DNA of 64,000 nt from Microcystaceae cyanobacterium (GTDB lineage: Bacteria > Cyanobacteriota > Cyanobacteriia > Cyanobacteriales > Microcystaceae), in NCBI GenBank assembly GCA_041746575.1, contig JBGTGT010000073.1, positions 15,119 through 79,118 on the forward strand. Reading direction: 5' to 3'. The position numbers and the translations under genes were made by a program. Under the pieces are notes generated by a model that saw nothing but the letters and a program-made list of their open reading frames with translations, was not told where the DNA came from and searched no databases. Below, one piece after another: positions 40,947 through 51,736 of this stretch. The number at the start of each line of letters is the position of its first letter. Position 1 is the first letter of the stretch.

Positions 40947-43340
40947 TTAAACAACGGTAAAATCGAGATTAAACGTTCCTAATAAGTCACCTTTGAGATT
41001 ATTATGCGAATAGAGGTCAAAGGTAATGTTATTGTTTCCCACGGGCAAGATCCCTCCTTGGAAATTTCCGTTGAAGTCACCAAATAAAGAGTAGGGTTCA
41101 ACATTATCGGCACCGGTAACTTCTCCATTATTGAGATTGAGGAAGATACTGTCGACATGCTCTGCAAAAACATTATCTTCTGGCACAAAGGCCGCAATAT
41201 TGATTTCTCGATTCATTAGCGTACTTGCGCTGATTTCATCACCATCTTGCAAGGAGGTGATGAGGGTGTCTGTTTCGGCATCATAAAGACCAACATTTAA
41301 CGCCACCGCCAAATCATCTACAATCGTAAATTGACGAGTCACTGTTCCCAGTGAGTCTCCCTTAAGATTATTTTGGGAATAGAGGTCAAAGGTAATATTA
41401 TTATCTCCAATAGGCAATACCCCCCCTTGAAAATTCCCATTGAAATCGCTAAATAACGTGTAGGGTTCAACATTCTCCTTACGGGTGACTTCACCGTTAT
41501 TAAGATTGAGAAAAACACTTTCCACTTGACCCGAAAAAAGGCTATCTTCTGGCACAAAAGCTGCAAGGGCAATTTTCTTTCCTAATAAAGTACTTGCGCT
41601 AATTTGATCGCCGTCTTGCAGGGTGGTAATCAGGGTGTCGCTTTTGGCATCATACAGTTCAATCCGCAGAAGATCAGAGGGAAGAGACTCAGCATAAGTA
41701 TAGGTCTCGTTTGTTGTCTGTTTATAGTCAAAATCGCCATCATTATCATCATCACGTTCATCGGTTTTGGTTATGGTTTCAGCAACAAGGTTACCTGTCA
41801 TATTGTAGGTTGAAAGGCGTTCTGAAATAGAGCGAAATGTTGAACCGCTGTAACCTTCACCGTCATAATAATCATACGAAGTATGAGAAAGGGAAGACTT
41901 TTCTTCCACTTCAGCCATGAGGTTACCCATCGTATTGTAGGATAAAAGGCGTTCTGAACGAGATGAAGTTTCTACTGAATAGCCATCTTGATAAATAAAT
42001 GAGTAATCAGAGTCGGAAGACCCCTCCGTCACGACAGCTGTGAGGTTACCCGTCGTATCATAGGTATAAGTAAAGGTGCGCTCCCCACGAAATGATACCG
42101 AATTTTTTCCATTATTATAATATTCTTCATTTATCTCTGAAATTACTTGACCTTTGCTATCGTAATTGGTCGTTTCTGTAACCGTTTCCAGTGCATAATC
42201 ATTACCAGAGTCACGGGAATAGTGACGGCTTACCACACGATCATCCGCATCATAAGTGTAGGTAGTAGTCGCACGTTCACTTCCTCCATATCCTTCATCA
42301 TTGTAGCTTCCGATATACACAGGTTGCCCCTTGAGGTCGTACAGAGACTGTAACTCAGTAATACTACCACCATTAATAGTATCGTCTTGGACGCTTGTAT
42401 CTACTACTAATATGTCATTCGCGTATCCCTTAAAAGAACTTTTACCAAAAACATAACCAGAGCTAGAAAAATCATAAATCCGATTGGCAATGATCTCAAA
42501 AACCTTTCCGGATGAATCGTTTGCACTCAATTTGAGTTCAGCGGGAGTGACCAAAAGAGGCAATACCGCCGCCCCGTTGTAAGAGGTGATCTGTCCATTC
42601 GGATCATAGTTAATCATTAAATCATTTTGCCCCCCGTCATAATTCACAGCAAGGGAGCGGAGATTCCCATTTTCATCATAAGTTCTGCTATGATAAGTCC
42701 AACTTTCATCCGTTATCCCATCACCTTGCTGATCAACTGCATAATTATATTCGGTCAATCTTCCTTGTGCGTCATATTTAATCGTAAACGTTAATATATA
42801 ATCCGCTGAGCCATTCCCATCTTCATCTAGGGCATATCGAGTTAAGTTTCCATTAACATCATAGGATCGTGTTGCTTGGGTCATATAATCATAGATGCCA
42901 TCCCCATTATTATCCCTTTTATAGGTAGAAAAAATCAGATTTCCCTCATTGTCATAATCATAAGTCCATGCTTCTGTTTTGTTTACTTTATATGTTCCAT
43001 CTCCATCGTAATCAGATTTATAAAGATAGGAAGTTTGATTGTTATTGTCATCATAAGTCCATATTTCTTCAGTGAGATAATCATATTTCCCATCTCCATC
43101 GTAATCAGGTTTATTGGTATGAGAAGTCTGATTCCCCGCCTTGTCATAAGTCCATATTTCTTCTTTAATATTAATATAATATCTCCCATCTCCATCGTCA
43201 TCATCTTTAAGGGTATCGGTATAAGAAATCAGATTCCCCGCCTTGTCATAAGTCCAACTTTGAGATTCAATTCGATTAGCGATGCCGTTATTATCATTAT
43301 CAGTCGAGACAGTCCGCGTTTTTTGAGTTAGTGTGGCCAT
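40947..43340 (-). CDS. YD-like / DxDGDG repeat protein with two copies of a shared ~120-aa C-terminal domain
   Basis: Repeated WTYDxxGN and DYDGDG motifs; two LYDA...ENVEPY.LF.DF.GNF domains. Confidence 0.8.
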   Translation of the reverse strand: MATLTQKTRTVSTDNDNNGIANRIESQSWTYDKAGNLISYTDTLKDDDDGDGRYYINIKEEIWTYDKAGNQTSHTNKPDYDGDGKYDYLTEEIWTYDDNNNQTSYLYKSDYDGDGTYKVNKTEAWTYDYDNEGNLIFSTYKRDNNGDGIYDYMTQATRSYDVNGNLTRYALDEDGNGSADYILTFTIKYDAQGRLTEYNYAVDQQGDGITDESWTYHSRTYDENGNLRSLAVNYDGGQNDLMINYDPNGQITSYNGAAVLPLLVTPAELKLSANDSSGKVFEIIANRIYDFSSSGYVFGKSSFKGYANDILVVDTSVQDDTINGGSITELQSLYDLKGQPVYIGSYNDEGYGGSERATTTYTYDADDRVVSRHYSRDSGNDYALETVTETTNYDSKGQVISEINEEYYNNGKNSVSFRGERTFTYTYDTTGNLTAVVTEGSSDSDYSFIYQDGYSVETSSRSERLLSYNTMGNLMAEVEEKSSLSHTSYDYYDGEGYSGSTFRSISERLSTYNMTGNLVAETITKTDERDDDNDGDFDYKQTTNETYTYAESLPSDLLRIELYDAKSDTLITTLQDGDQISASTLLGKKIALAAFVPEDSLFSGQVESVFLNLNNGEVTRKENVEPYTLFSDFNGNFQGGVLPIGDNNITFDLYSQNNLKGDSLGTVTRQFTIVDDLAVALNVGLYDAETDTLITSLQDGDEISASTLMNREINIAAFVPEDNVFAEHVDSIFLNLNNGEVTGADNVEPYSLFGDFNGNFQGGILPVGNNNITFDLYSHNNLKGDLLGTFNLDFTVV

Positions 43341-43409
43341 GATGTTTGATTTCCTTGAGAAAATAATGAGTTGAATAAATAAATAATGATGAATTACTAA
43401 ATCTTACCC

Positions 43410-45518
43410 TTAAACAATCGTAAATTCTAGACTCACTGTTGCCAGTAAATCCCCCTTAAGATTATTTTGGGAATAGAGGTCAAAGGTCATCGTATTTTCG
43501 CCGACAGGTAATACCCCCCCTTGAAAATTCCCCTTGAAATCGCTAAATAACGTGTAGGGTTCAACATTCTCTTTGCGGGTGACTTCGCCATCGTTAAGAT
43601 TGAGAAAAACACTTTCCACTTGACCCGAAAAAAGGCTATCTTCAGCGACAAATGCGGCGATCGCAACTTTTTGATTTCCTAGCGTACTCAGACTAATTTG
43701 ATCGCCGTCTTGAAGGGTGGTAATCAGGGTATTGCTCTTGGCATCATACAGTTCAATTCGTAAAAGATCAGAGGGAAGCGATCCCGCATAAGTATAAGTC
43801 TCGTTTGTTGTCTGTTTATAGTCGGAATTACCATCACCGTCGTAGTCTTTTTCGAGGGTTGTCGTTTCTGCGGTGAGGTTACCCGTTGTATCATAGGACA
43901 AGGTTCGTTCTGAACGGGATACTTCTGAGCTATCATAATAAAACTCGGACTCTTCTTTTATCTCTGAAATGACCTTGCCTTCGGTATCATAATTCGTCGT
44001 TAGCGTACCAATGGTTGGCGACTCATGACCCGAATAACCGAGATGTTCAATTTCATAGGAACGAAGACGACTCATTATGCGATCATCTGCGTCGTAAGTA
44101 TAGGCCGCCGTTTCAGATGTTCCTTCTCCTCTATTAGTAGAGTAGCGACTCTCGTAGATAAGTTGACCCTCAAAGTCGTATAGTGAGTAGTTCTCTGAAT
44201 TAGAAGTATAATTACTGGTCTCACTGATCGTATTTACAACCAAAGTATCGTTAACGTATCCCTTGAAGGAACTGGTTGTAAAGACAAAAGTTTCAGGAAT
44301 CGGACTCGTCAAGACCTCAAAAACCCTTCCTGATGAATCATTTACGCTTAATTCAAGTTCAACTGGGGTGATGAAAAAAGGCAAAAACTCGGCCGCACTA
44401 TAAGAGGTAATCTGTCCATTCGGATCATAGTTAATCAATAAATCCGTTTGACCCCCATCATAATTCACAGCAAGGGAACGAAGATTCCCATTTTCATCAT
44501 AAGTTCTACTGTGATAAGTCCAACTTTCATCCGTTATCCCATCACCTTGCCAATCAATCGCATAATTATATTCGGTCAATCTTCCTTGTGCATCATATTT
44601 AATCGTAAACGTTGATATATAATCATTCTGACCATCTCCATCTTCGTCTAGGGCGTATAGAGTTAAATTATTATTAATATCATAAGATCGTGTTTCTTGG
44701 GTCATAGAATCATATATTCCGTCCCCGTTATTATCATTTTTATAACTATAAAAAGTTTAATTATCGTTATTATCATAAGTCCACGTTTCTAGGATATTTT
44801 GGTTATCTATGCCATCCCCATTATTATCTATACGATACGTATAAGAAGTCCGATTTCCGCTAGCATCGTAAGTCCACGTTTCTTGCGTAATGTAATCGCT
44901 TTTTCCATCTCCATTATTATCTATTTTTTGAGTATAAGCGGTTTGATTGTCTTGATTATCATAAATCCACATTTCCTGTGTAACAGAATCACTTTTTCCA
45001 TTCCCATCATTGTCAAATTCTATGGCATAAGCAATTCTATTACCTTTAGCATCGTAGTCCCATGTTTGTTTTCTAACAAAATCGCTTTGACCATCGATAT
45101 TATCGTCTCTATTTAAAATCGCCAATATTTTGTTATTATTGACGTCATAATTAAAAATTTCTTCATTGCGGAAGTCAATCTGACCGTCCCCATTGTTATC
45201 TGTTTCAGTCGTCAACGAAGTTTCGTTACCCTTATTATCATACTCATAGGTTCGTGTTCTCCGAAAATTGCTCTGACCGTCTCCGCCATAATCTGAATCA
45301 TAAATATAGAAAATAAGTTTTCCTTGCTGATTATACGTCCACGTTTCTGTCAGAATGCTTTCTTCTTGTCCATCAGCATTACTATCGTAGCTGGAAAGAT
45401 AAGTCAGGGGATTTCCCTTTTGATCATAAGTCCAAATTTGAGAGCGGCTGTTATCGACAATGCCGTCATTATTATAATCAGTTGAGACGGTTAGCGTTTT
45501 TTGTAATAGCGTATCCAT
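43410..45518 (-). pseudogene. Paralog of the 40947-43340 gene interrupted by one in-frame TAA (ORF track splits it into 44757-45518 and 43410-44705)
   Basis: Both pieces are in the same frame, separated by TAA at 44757-44759 plus 17 sense codons that continue the repeat; N- and C-termini align with the neighbouring paralog. Confidence 0.8.
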
Positions 45519-45609
45519 GATATTTGATTTCCTTAAAAAAAAGAATGAATAAAAGATTTTGGATTTTGGGTATTATCCCTTCTCGAAAGAAGGGTTGGTT
45601 GTACCTGTT

Positions 45610-48594
45610 TCAGGAGAAATCTAAACCCACCGAACCTAGCAAATGATCTCCTGAAAAAGGATTGAAAGAAAGGACATTATCTTCCTGTTGTGAGGGACTT
45701 CCTTGATAAGGATTACCCAATAATACAGAAGAATCATCTATCTCAAGCGGGATGATCTCGTTATTAGTCTCGTCTGGTTCAATCGGCGAAAATAAAGACT
45801 GCACTTCATCGGCCGTTAAAGATTTGTTAAATAATTGAACTTCATCGAGCGTTCCCTTGAAATACCCCCCCACAGGGCTATCAGAACGCCGTCCTAATGT
45901 TAGAGGTATAGAATTGCTCAAAGAGCCTTGGCGACTTGTCGGGTTGAATCCCCCTACTTCAACACCATCCACATACCATTTTCCCCCGGTGATGCTATCT
46001 CGATCAACCGTTATAGTCGCTTGATGCCAATTGTCATCGGCGATAAAAGTATTGCTTCCGTAGTTATTATGTCCCTGTCCATCTGCCAACTGAAAGCCCA
46101 ATTCACCCTTGTAGGTGTAGATTGCATAGCCTTGAACTGGCCCTGATGCTTTAATCCGTTTATCGAGAATAACATCAACAGCACTAGAATGACTGCTCGT
46201 CTTGATCCAAAAAGCGACGGAAAAATCCTCCATACCGATATCCAGAGCATCGTTGTCAGCAATTCGGACAGAATCATTTCCGTTGAAGGCGAGTCCGCCA
46301 TTGATCTTTCCTTCGCCCCATACAGGATTACTCTGTAAAATACCGATATTGTCGCCAATACGGTCATCAGCCACTGATCCTGATGTTTCATCAAGAGACC
46401 ACCAAGCGACGGGAGAAAGGGGTTTAGTAAGATCATCAACAATCGTAAAATTGCGAGTGAGGGTTCCCAGTAAATTGCCCTTACGGTTATTCTGTGAATA
46501 AAGGTCAAAAGTGATCGTATTATCTCCAACAGGCAAGAATCCCCCGTGGAAATCATTGTTAAAATCGCCAAACAATGAATAGGGTTCAGCATTCTCCGTG
46601 CGGGCAACTGCACCGTCGTTAAGATTCAAGAAAATACTATCAACTTGACCCGAAAAAAGACTATCTTCTGGCACAAAAGCCGCAATGGTGACCTTCTTTC
46701 CTAATAATGCACTTGCGCTGATTTCGTCCCCTTCTTGAAGCGTCGTAATAAGGGTATCGCTCTTAGCATCATAAAGTCTGATATCGAGAACAACTGATTG
46801 GACTTCAAATGCGCCAATATCTGCTTTGCCATCGATGACTCGCTCAAATCCGGCTCCTCGTTGGTCGGTTTCGAGGTTATCGGGGTTACTTCCCCCATTC
46901 CAAGCGGGACTGTTGGGTTTTAAGGCGTGGGTTTGAGTAACACCACCATTATCGGCAAGGGGTTCGAGTCCGGGGTTAGTAATCCCTGTCGTATCACCAA
47001 TTTCAATAAAAGCTGATGTAGCATTCCCTGTCCCAATTAAATTATTCCCTTGACTGACAAAGAAAAAGACATTGTCGTTTAAGGAATCCACATCGCTGTT
47101 TGTATTCCCTGCAATGATACTGGATACCACTTCAACTGTCCCCCCTGAATTCGCCACTCCACTGCCTTGATCAAGAGGAGCCATATTTTGTGTCAGGGTG
47201 CTATTGCGGATTTGTAGAACTCCTCTTTCGTTATAAATTCCCCCTCCAAAGCTCGGAAATCCTTCTGGTACGGTGTTACCACTAATAGTGCTGTTGCTAA
47301 CGATTGTGTCTCCTGTCGTATAAATGCCTCCCCCAACAGTGAAACCACCTGATGACGCACCATTGTTATTTATGGTACTGTTGCTCAGTGCCAGATCACC
47401 GGCAAAATTATGAATCCCGCCGCCTGCACCACCGTATGTTCCGTATGCAGTGTTATGACGAATCGTACTATCAATAATCGTTAAAGGACTATATTCGCCA
47501 TAAATACCACCCCCATTCCCCCCTAATCCACTCGAACTGTTATGCTCAATCAGGCTGTTGCTGACGGTGAGTTTGCCGCTCGTTATAGAAACACCGCCAC
47601 CGAAAGCATCCCCTTGGTTATAACTGACGACGGAGTGATCAATAGTCAGGTTACCTCCATTGCTATAGATGCCACCTCCAGCTCCACTGATTCCGCTTGC
47701 TACATTGTTATTGAGAGTACTGTTGCTGAGAGTCACATTCCCCTCTTGGTTAGCAATGCCGCCGCCGCCATGCTGACCTTCTCCTGATGCCACATTATCG
47801 TTAAATGTGCTATTGTTCACTGCCAGAACGCCATTTTGATGAAAAACGGCTCCCCCTTCTCCTATTAATCCATCTACACGATTCTTCTCGAAGATACTGT
47901 CATTGATCGTCGTCAGAGCTTGATTATTAATGGTACTATGACCGATATAAATGCCACCTCCCTCAGCTGTGCTGGCACTGATGTGGTTATTTCTAAAAGT
48001 GCTATCATTCACGGTTAAGCCGCTATCCATGCTGTAGATGCCGCCACCGTAAGCATCGCCTCCTGTAGCCGTATTATTGTCAAAAAGGCTATTTTTGATA
48101 ACTACATCACCATTAAGGCTATAAATCGCCCCACCGTAACTGAAAATTTCTCCTGACGCCTTATTACTCCGAAATGTACTGTTCAGAATGGTAAGAGATA
48201 CCCCCTCTCCGTAAATGCCACCTCCCGCTTCAGCGTTCCCGTTAGCAATGGTCAAATTTTGGATTTCTGCATCAGCCGTTAGATAAAAGACCCGTATCTT
48301 GTCATCTCCACTAACTGTAATCGTCTCTGCGCCTGTTCCTTCAATGGTTAGGGGTTTATCTATTAATAGTTGACCGAGATCAGCATCAAGAACAATAGTT
48401 CCCATCAACCCCTCCGCAAAGTTAATCGTTCCCCCTTCAGCGAGAAAAGCGATCGCTTCGCGCAGTGATAAATCCCCTGCACTTAAGTCCCCATCGTTTT
48501 CGTCAACGAGGGTATCTACTGTCAGATTCAAATCAGGAGTCGATTCAAAAGGGTTAATGGCCGAGAATTCTGGGGTAGAAACAGAAAAAGTCAT
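45610..48594 (-). CDS. Large surface protein: CSLREA-like motif, GGG(A/I)Y beta-helix repeats, choice-of-anchor-Q-like segment, shared ~120-aa domain, LamG-like domain
   Basis: LSLREAI, many GGGIY/GGAIY repeats, LADNGGVTQTHAL...DQRG...DIGAFE, WWSLDE...FKGTLDEVQLF. Confidence 0.8.
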   Translation of the reverse strand: MTFSVSTPEFSAINPFESTPDLNLTVDTLVDENDGDLSAGDLSLREAIAFLAEGGTINFAEGLMGTIVLDADLGQLLIDKPLTIEGTGAETITVSGDDKIRVFYLTADAEIQNLTIANGNAEAGGGIYGEGVSLTILNSTFRSNKASGEIFSYGGAIYSLNGDVVIKNSLFDNNTATGGDAYGGGIYSMDSGLTVNDSTFRNNHISASTAEGGGIYIGHSTINNQALTTINDSIFEKNRVDGLIGEGGAVFHQNGVLAVNNSTFNDNVASGEGQHGGGGIANQEGNVTLSNSTLNNNVASGISGAGGGIYSNGGNLTIDHSVVSYNQGDAFGGGVSITSGKLTVSNSLIEHNSSSGLGGNGGGIYGEYSPLTIIDSTIRHNTAYGTYGGAGGGIHNFAGDLALSNSTINNNGASSGGFTVGGGIYTTGDTIVSNSTISGNTVPEGFPSFGGGIYNERGVLQIRNSTLTQNMAPLDQGSGVANSGGTVEVVSSIIAGNTNSDVDSLNDNVFFFVSQGNNLIGTGNATSAFIEIGDTTGITNPGLEPLADNGGVTQTHALKPNSPAWNGGSNPDNLETDQRGAGFERVIDGKADIGAFEVQSVVLDIRLYDAKSDTLITTLQEGDEISASALLGKKVTIAAFVPEDSLFSGQVDSIFLNLNDGAVARTENAEPYSLFGDFNNDFHGGFLPVGDNTITFDLYSQNNRKGNLLGTLTRNFTIVDDLTKPLSPVAWWSLDETSGSVADDRIGDNIGILQSNPVWGEGKINGGLAFNGNDSVRIADNDALDIGMEDFSVAFWIKTSSHSSAVDVILDKRIKASGPVQGYAIYTYKGELGFQLADGQGHNNYGSNTFIADDNWHQATITVDRDSITGGKWYVDGVEVGGFNPTSRQGSLSNSIPLTLGRRSDSPVGGYFKGTLDEVQLFNKSLTADEVQSLFSPIEPDETNNEIIPLEIDDSSVLLGNPYQGSPSQQEDNVLSFNPFSGDHLLGSVGLDFS

Positions 48595-48759
48595 ACGTTT
48601 ACATTCCTTTAAAAGACGAAAAGAAATCGTTTCCGTTGATTAACAACAATTTACCTCTGCCATAATATAATAAATTCACAACAAATTCCTCGAAATGTAA
48701 TGTATTTTACTTAAATTTATTTAACGTAAATTACCTCTAAAGAAATATTTCAAAAGTTA

Positions 48760-49921
48760 TACTAAATCCGGTTTACAAAACCCGCTTATAATAAAGGGTA
48801 AATAACCGAGACAACTCTAATGCCAAAAAAAGCCTATCTAGCCAATCATCATAGTTCAGAAGAACTAAAGCAAAAGTACCTAAAAAGTCAAGATCCAGTA
48901 GAATTAAGAAGATGGCATCTAATCTGGAAAGTGTCTTTGGGATGGACTATTAAAAATAGTGCAATTGCGGTGGGAGTTAATTATGATTATGGAAAAGAAA
49001 TTCTCAAAAAATACAACGAGTTAGGAGAACAAGGAGTCAAAAATTTAAAAGCAATAGGCAGACAACAAACAAGAGGAAAAAAGCCCCTTCTAACCTTAGA
49101 GAACATCGAAAAATTACAGAAAGAATTAGAATCAAGACCCTCTGATGGTGGGATTTGGACGGGGCCAAAAGTAGCTCGTTGGATCGAAAAAGAAACCGGC
49201 GTTGAAAAAGTTTGGAATCAAAGAGGATGGGATTACTTAAAAAAGTTCAGGTACTCATGGCAGAGTCCCCGTCCCAAACATCAAAAAGGGAATAAGCTAG
49301 AACAAGAAGAATTCATTAAAAGCTTACCTTTAAAATTCAAAAAACTAGAAGAAGAAGAACCAGAAGCAGAAATAGCTCTATGGTTCTTTGATGAACATAG
49401 GGTAGGATTAAAACCTATTTTAAGAAAAGTCTGGGCGAAGATTGGAGAAAGACCAATCGCGGTTGTTCAACATCGTTATGAATGGTTGTACGTTTATGGA
49501 TTTGTCCAACCAAAAACAGGAGAAACTTTCTGGTATTTAATCCCAAGAGTCAATACGAAATGGTTAAATGTTGTTTATGAAAGCTTTGCTAAAGATGCTG
49601 GAATTTCTCAAAAAAAAAGTGTTGTTAGTCGAAGATAATGCCGGATGGCATCGGAGTCAAAAGTGCAAAATTCCTGAAGGACTCATAATCGAATTTCTTC
49701 CCGCCTATTCTCCCGAATTACAACCCGCCGAGAGACTTTGGACGTTAATAGATGAACCCTTAGTTAATGAGTCTTTTGAGACAATTGATGAAATTGAAGA
49801 ATTGTTAGTAAAACGTTGTAATATTCTGGGTGAAATGAAAGAAGACATCAAAAATTTGACTAACTATCATTGGTTAAGTTTTGTTTAAAATGTTAGTGGG
49901 GTATATAAACCGGATTTGGTA
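48760..49921 (+). mobile_element. IS630-family insertion sequence
   Basis: TIRs TACTAAATCCGGTTTA (48760) and TAAACCGGATTTGGTA (49906-49921), 15/16 match; TTA on both flanks (or a TA duplication if the terminal TA is excluded). Confidence 0.88.
48820..49888 (+). CDS. IS630 transposase split over two frames at an A9 run
   Basis: orfA 48820-49638 (HTH, WFFDEHR), orfB to 49888 (DNAGWH, LPAYSPELQPAERLW); junction at A9 49610-49618. Confidence 0.88.
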
Positions 49922-50074
49922 TTAGACCTAAAAACCAACGACCAACAGTAAGTCATTAGATCTATTGCATAATTACAGTTAAATCAAATTCAGTATAGAA
50001 AGCATCCATTTTTCTTGCTGTTACCTGACTTTCGCAAGAACTCCATGATTGTCAAATATCCAAGATCGAAGCTT

Positions 50075-51196
50075 TTAAAAGGGTTCAATCACCACCAAAT
50101 TATCCCGATGAATCACGTTTTCTGAGGCAGAATACCCTAATAACACAGGAATTTCTTGAGATTGATGACCTTTAATTTTATTGATCTCTGCACTGCTGTA
50201 ATTCACTAACCCTCGTCCTATTTCTCGTCCTTCCCCATCACACAACTGTACGGCATCCATCGCCGTGAATTCTCCCTCAATCGCCGTAATTCCTGCCGCT
50301 AAGAGGGATTTTCCTTGGTAGCATAAGGCTCTAACTGCCCCTTGATCTAAGAAAAGTTTACCCATTGGCAACAAACCATGAGCAATCCAGCGTTTTCGGG
50401 CATTTTCTGCTTTGGGTTGCGGTTCAAATTGGGTACCAATCGTCTCCCCTTGCAGAATCTTGAGGATATCTTCGCATTGTTTCCCTTGAGTAATAACGGT
50501 TCTCACTCCGGCACTGGTGGCAATTCTCGCCGCACTCAATTTAGTTCTCATTCCCCCTGTTCCCCATGAGCTACCTTTATCTCCGGCTTCTACCTGCAAT
50601 TGAGACAATTGATCATAACTCACTCGGGTAATCGGTTGAGCATCCGCATAGAGTCTAGGGTCGGCTGAGTAGAGCTTATCCACATCTGTAAGAAGAAATA
50701 ACCAGTCTGATTCAATTAAACTAGCAACTAAGGCAGAAAGCGTGTCATTATCGCCAAATTTAAGCTCGTCTACGGCAACAGTATCATTTTCGTTGACAAT
50801 GGGAATGACGCCTAATTCAAAAAGGGATTGAAAGGTGGTAAAAGCATTGAGATAGGAAAGGCGTTCCATTAAGTCTCGTCGGGTTAATAAAATTTGAGCA
50901 ATCGGTTGATTTAAACTGGTAAAAAGATCATCATAAACACGAATTAAACGTCCTTGTCCCACGGCAGCAACTGCTTGTTTCATGCCCATTTTCTGTGGCT
51001 TTTTTGTTAATTTAAGACGACTACAACCCACCCCTACTGCCCCTGAAGAGACTAAAACCACTCGATTCCCGTTCATTCGCAGATCAGTTAAAGTTTCAAC
51101 GAGTTTTGCTACAGTAGAAAGAGATAATTGACCCGTTTTGCCATCGGTTAAGCTAGAGGTGCCAATTTTAATGACAAGGGTCTTATTTTCGGTCAT
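50075..51196 (-). CDS. proB: Glutamate 5-kinase
   Basis: [33 protein letters not shown]-terminal PUA domain. Confidence 0.96.
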   Translation of the reverse strand: MTENKTLVIKIGTSSLTDGKTGQLSLSTVAKLVETLTDLRMNGNRVVLVSSGAVGVGCSRLKLTKKPQKMGMKQAVAAVGQGRLIRVYDDLFTSLNQPIAQILLTRRDLMERLSYLNAFTTFQSLFELGVIPIVNENDTVAVDELKFGDNDTLSALVASLIESDWLFLLTDVDKLYSADPRLYADAQPITRVSYDQLSQLQVEAGDKGSSWGTGGMRTKLSAARIATSAGVRTVITQGKQCEDILKILQGETIGTQFEPQPKAENARKRWIAHGLLPMGKLFLDQGAVRALCYQGKSLLAAGITAIEGEFTAMDAVQLCDGEGREIGRGLVNYSSAEINKIKGHQSQEIPVLLGYSASENVIHRDNLVVIEPF

Positions 51197-51452
51197 TTTG
51201 CTGAAAGATTTAGGAAGATTCTTCTATTTTATCACGAGATGAGTTTGAGAAATTGAGTTTTTAAAAGACTTCATTTTTGAATTTTATTTTCTTCTCAAAA
51301 AGATTCTTTTAAGCATTTTCTTTGACCGAAACAAGGAATTCTAAAGAAATCGTGATCTTTTGCGTTGAAAGACTCATCTGTTTATTTTCTGAACTAAAAT
51401 AAAGGGGCGAGGCTATCCTTATTTCTCTTATTTTCTGAACCATTTGTTTTGT

Positions 51453-51680
51453 ATGGATAAAGATACAAAATTCGCCCTATTAGTATTAGGTGTTCCTTTT
51501 CTTGGACTCCTTTACTGCGCACTTATTTTTGGCATACTCATAATATTTCCTTGGGGGCGAGAACATCCTATCATCTATGCTACCCTATCCGTCATTGCCC
51601 CTTCTCTTATCTCGGGTTCAATTTGGTTAAAATCAGCTATTAAAGGGCAAAAAAAGCCTAATATTTCTTCTGCCGAATAA
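51453..51680 (+). CDS. Small two-TM hypothetical protein
   Basis: MDKDTKFALLVLG..., two hydrophobic segments. Confidence 0.6.
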   Translation: MDKDTKFALLVLGVPFLGLLYCALIFGILIIFPWGREHPIIYATLSVIAPSLISGSIWLKSAIKGQKKPNISSAE

Positions 51681-51736
51681 AATTCGTTTTAAGCAACGAA
51701 AAAGCGGTTCAAAATGATTCGTAATTTATCCAATTT

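Noticed and set aside
40947..45518. Rhs toxin-immunity locus or diversity-generating retroelement
   Set aside because: No Rhs core DPxG cleavage motif, toxin tip or small immunity genes; no reverse transcriptase, and I saw no adenine-specific TR/VR pattern
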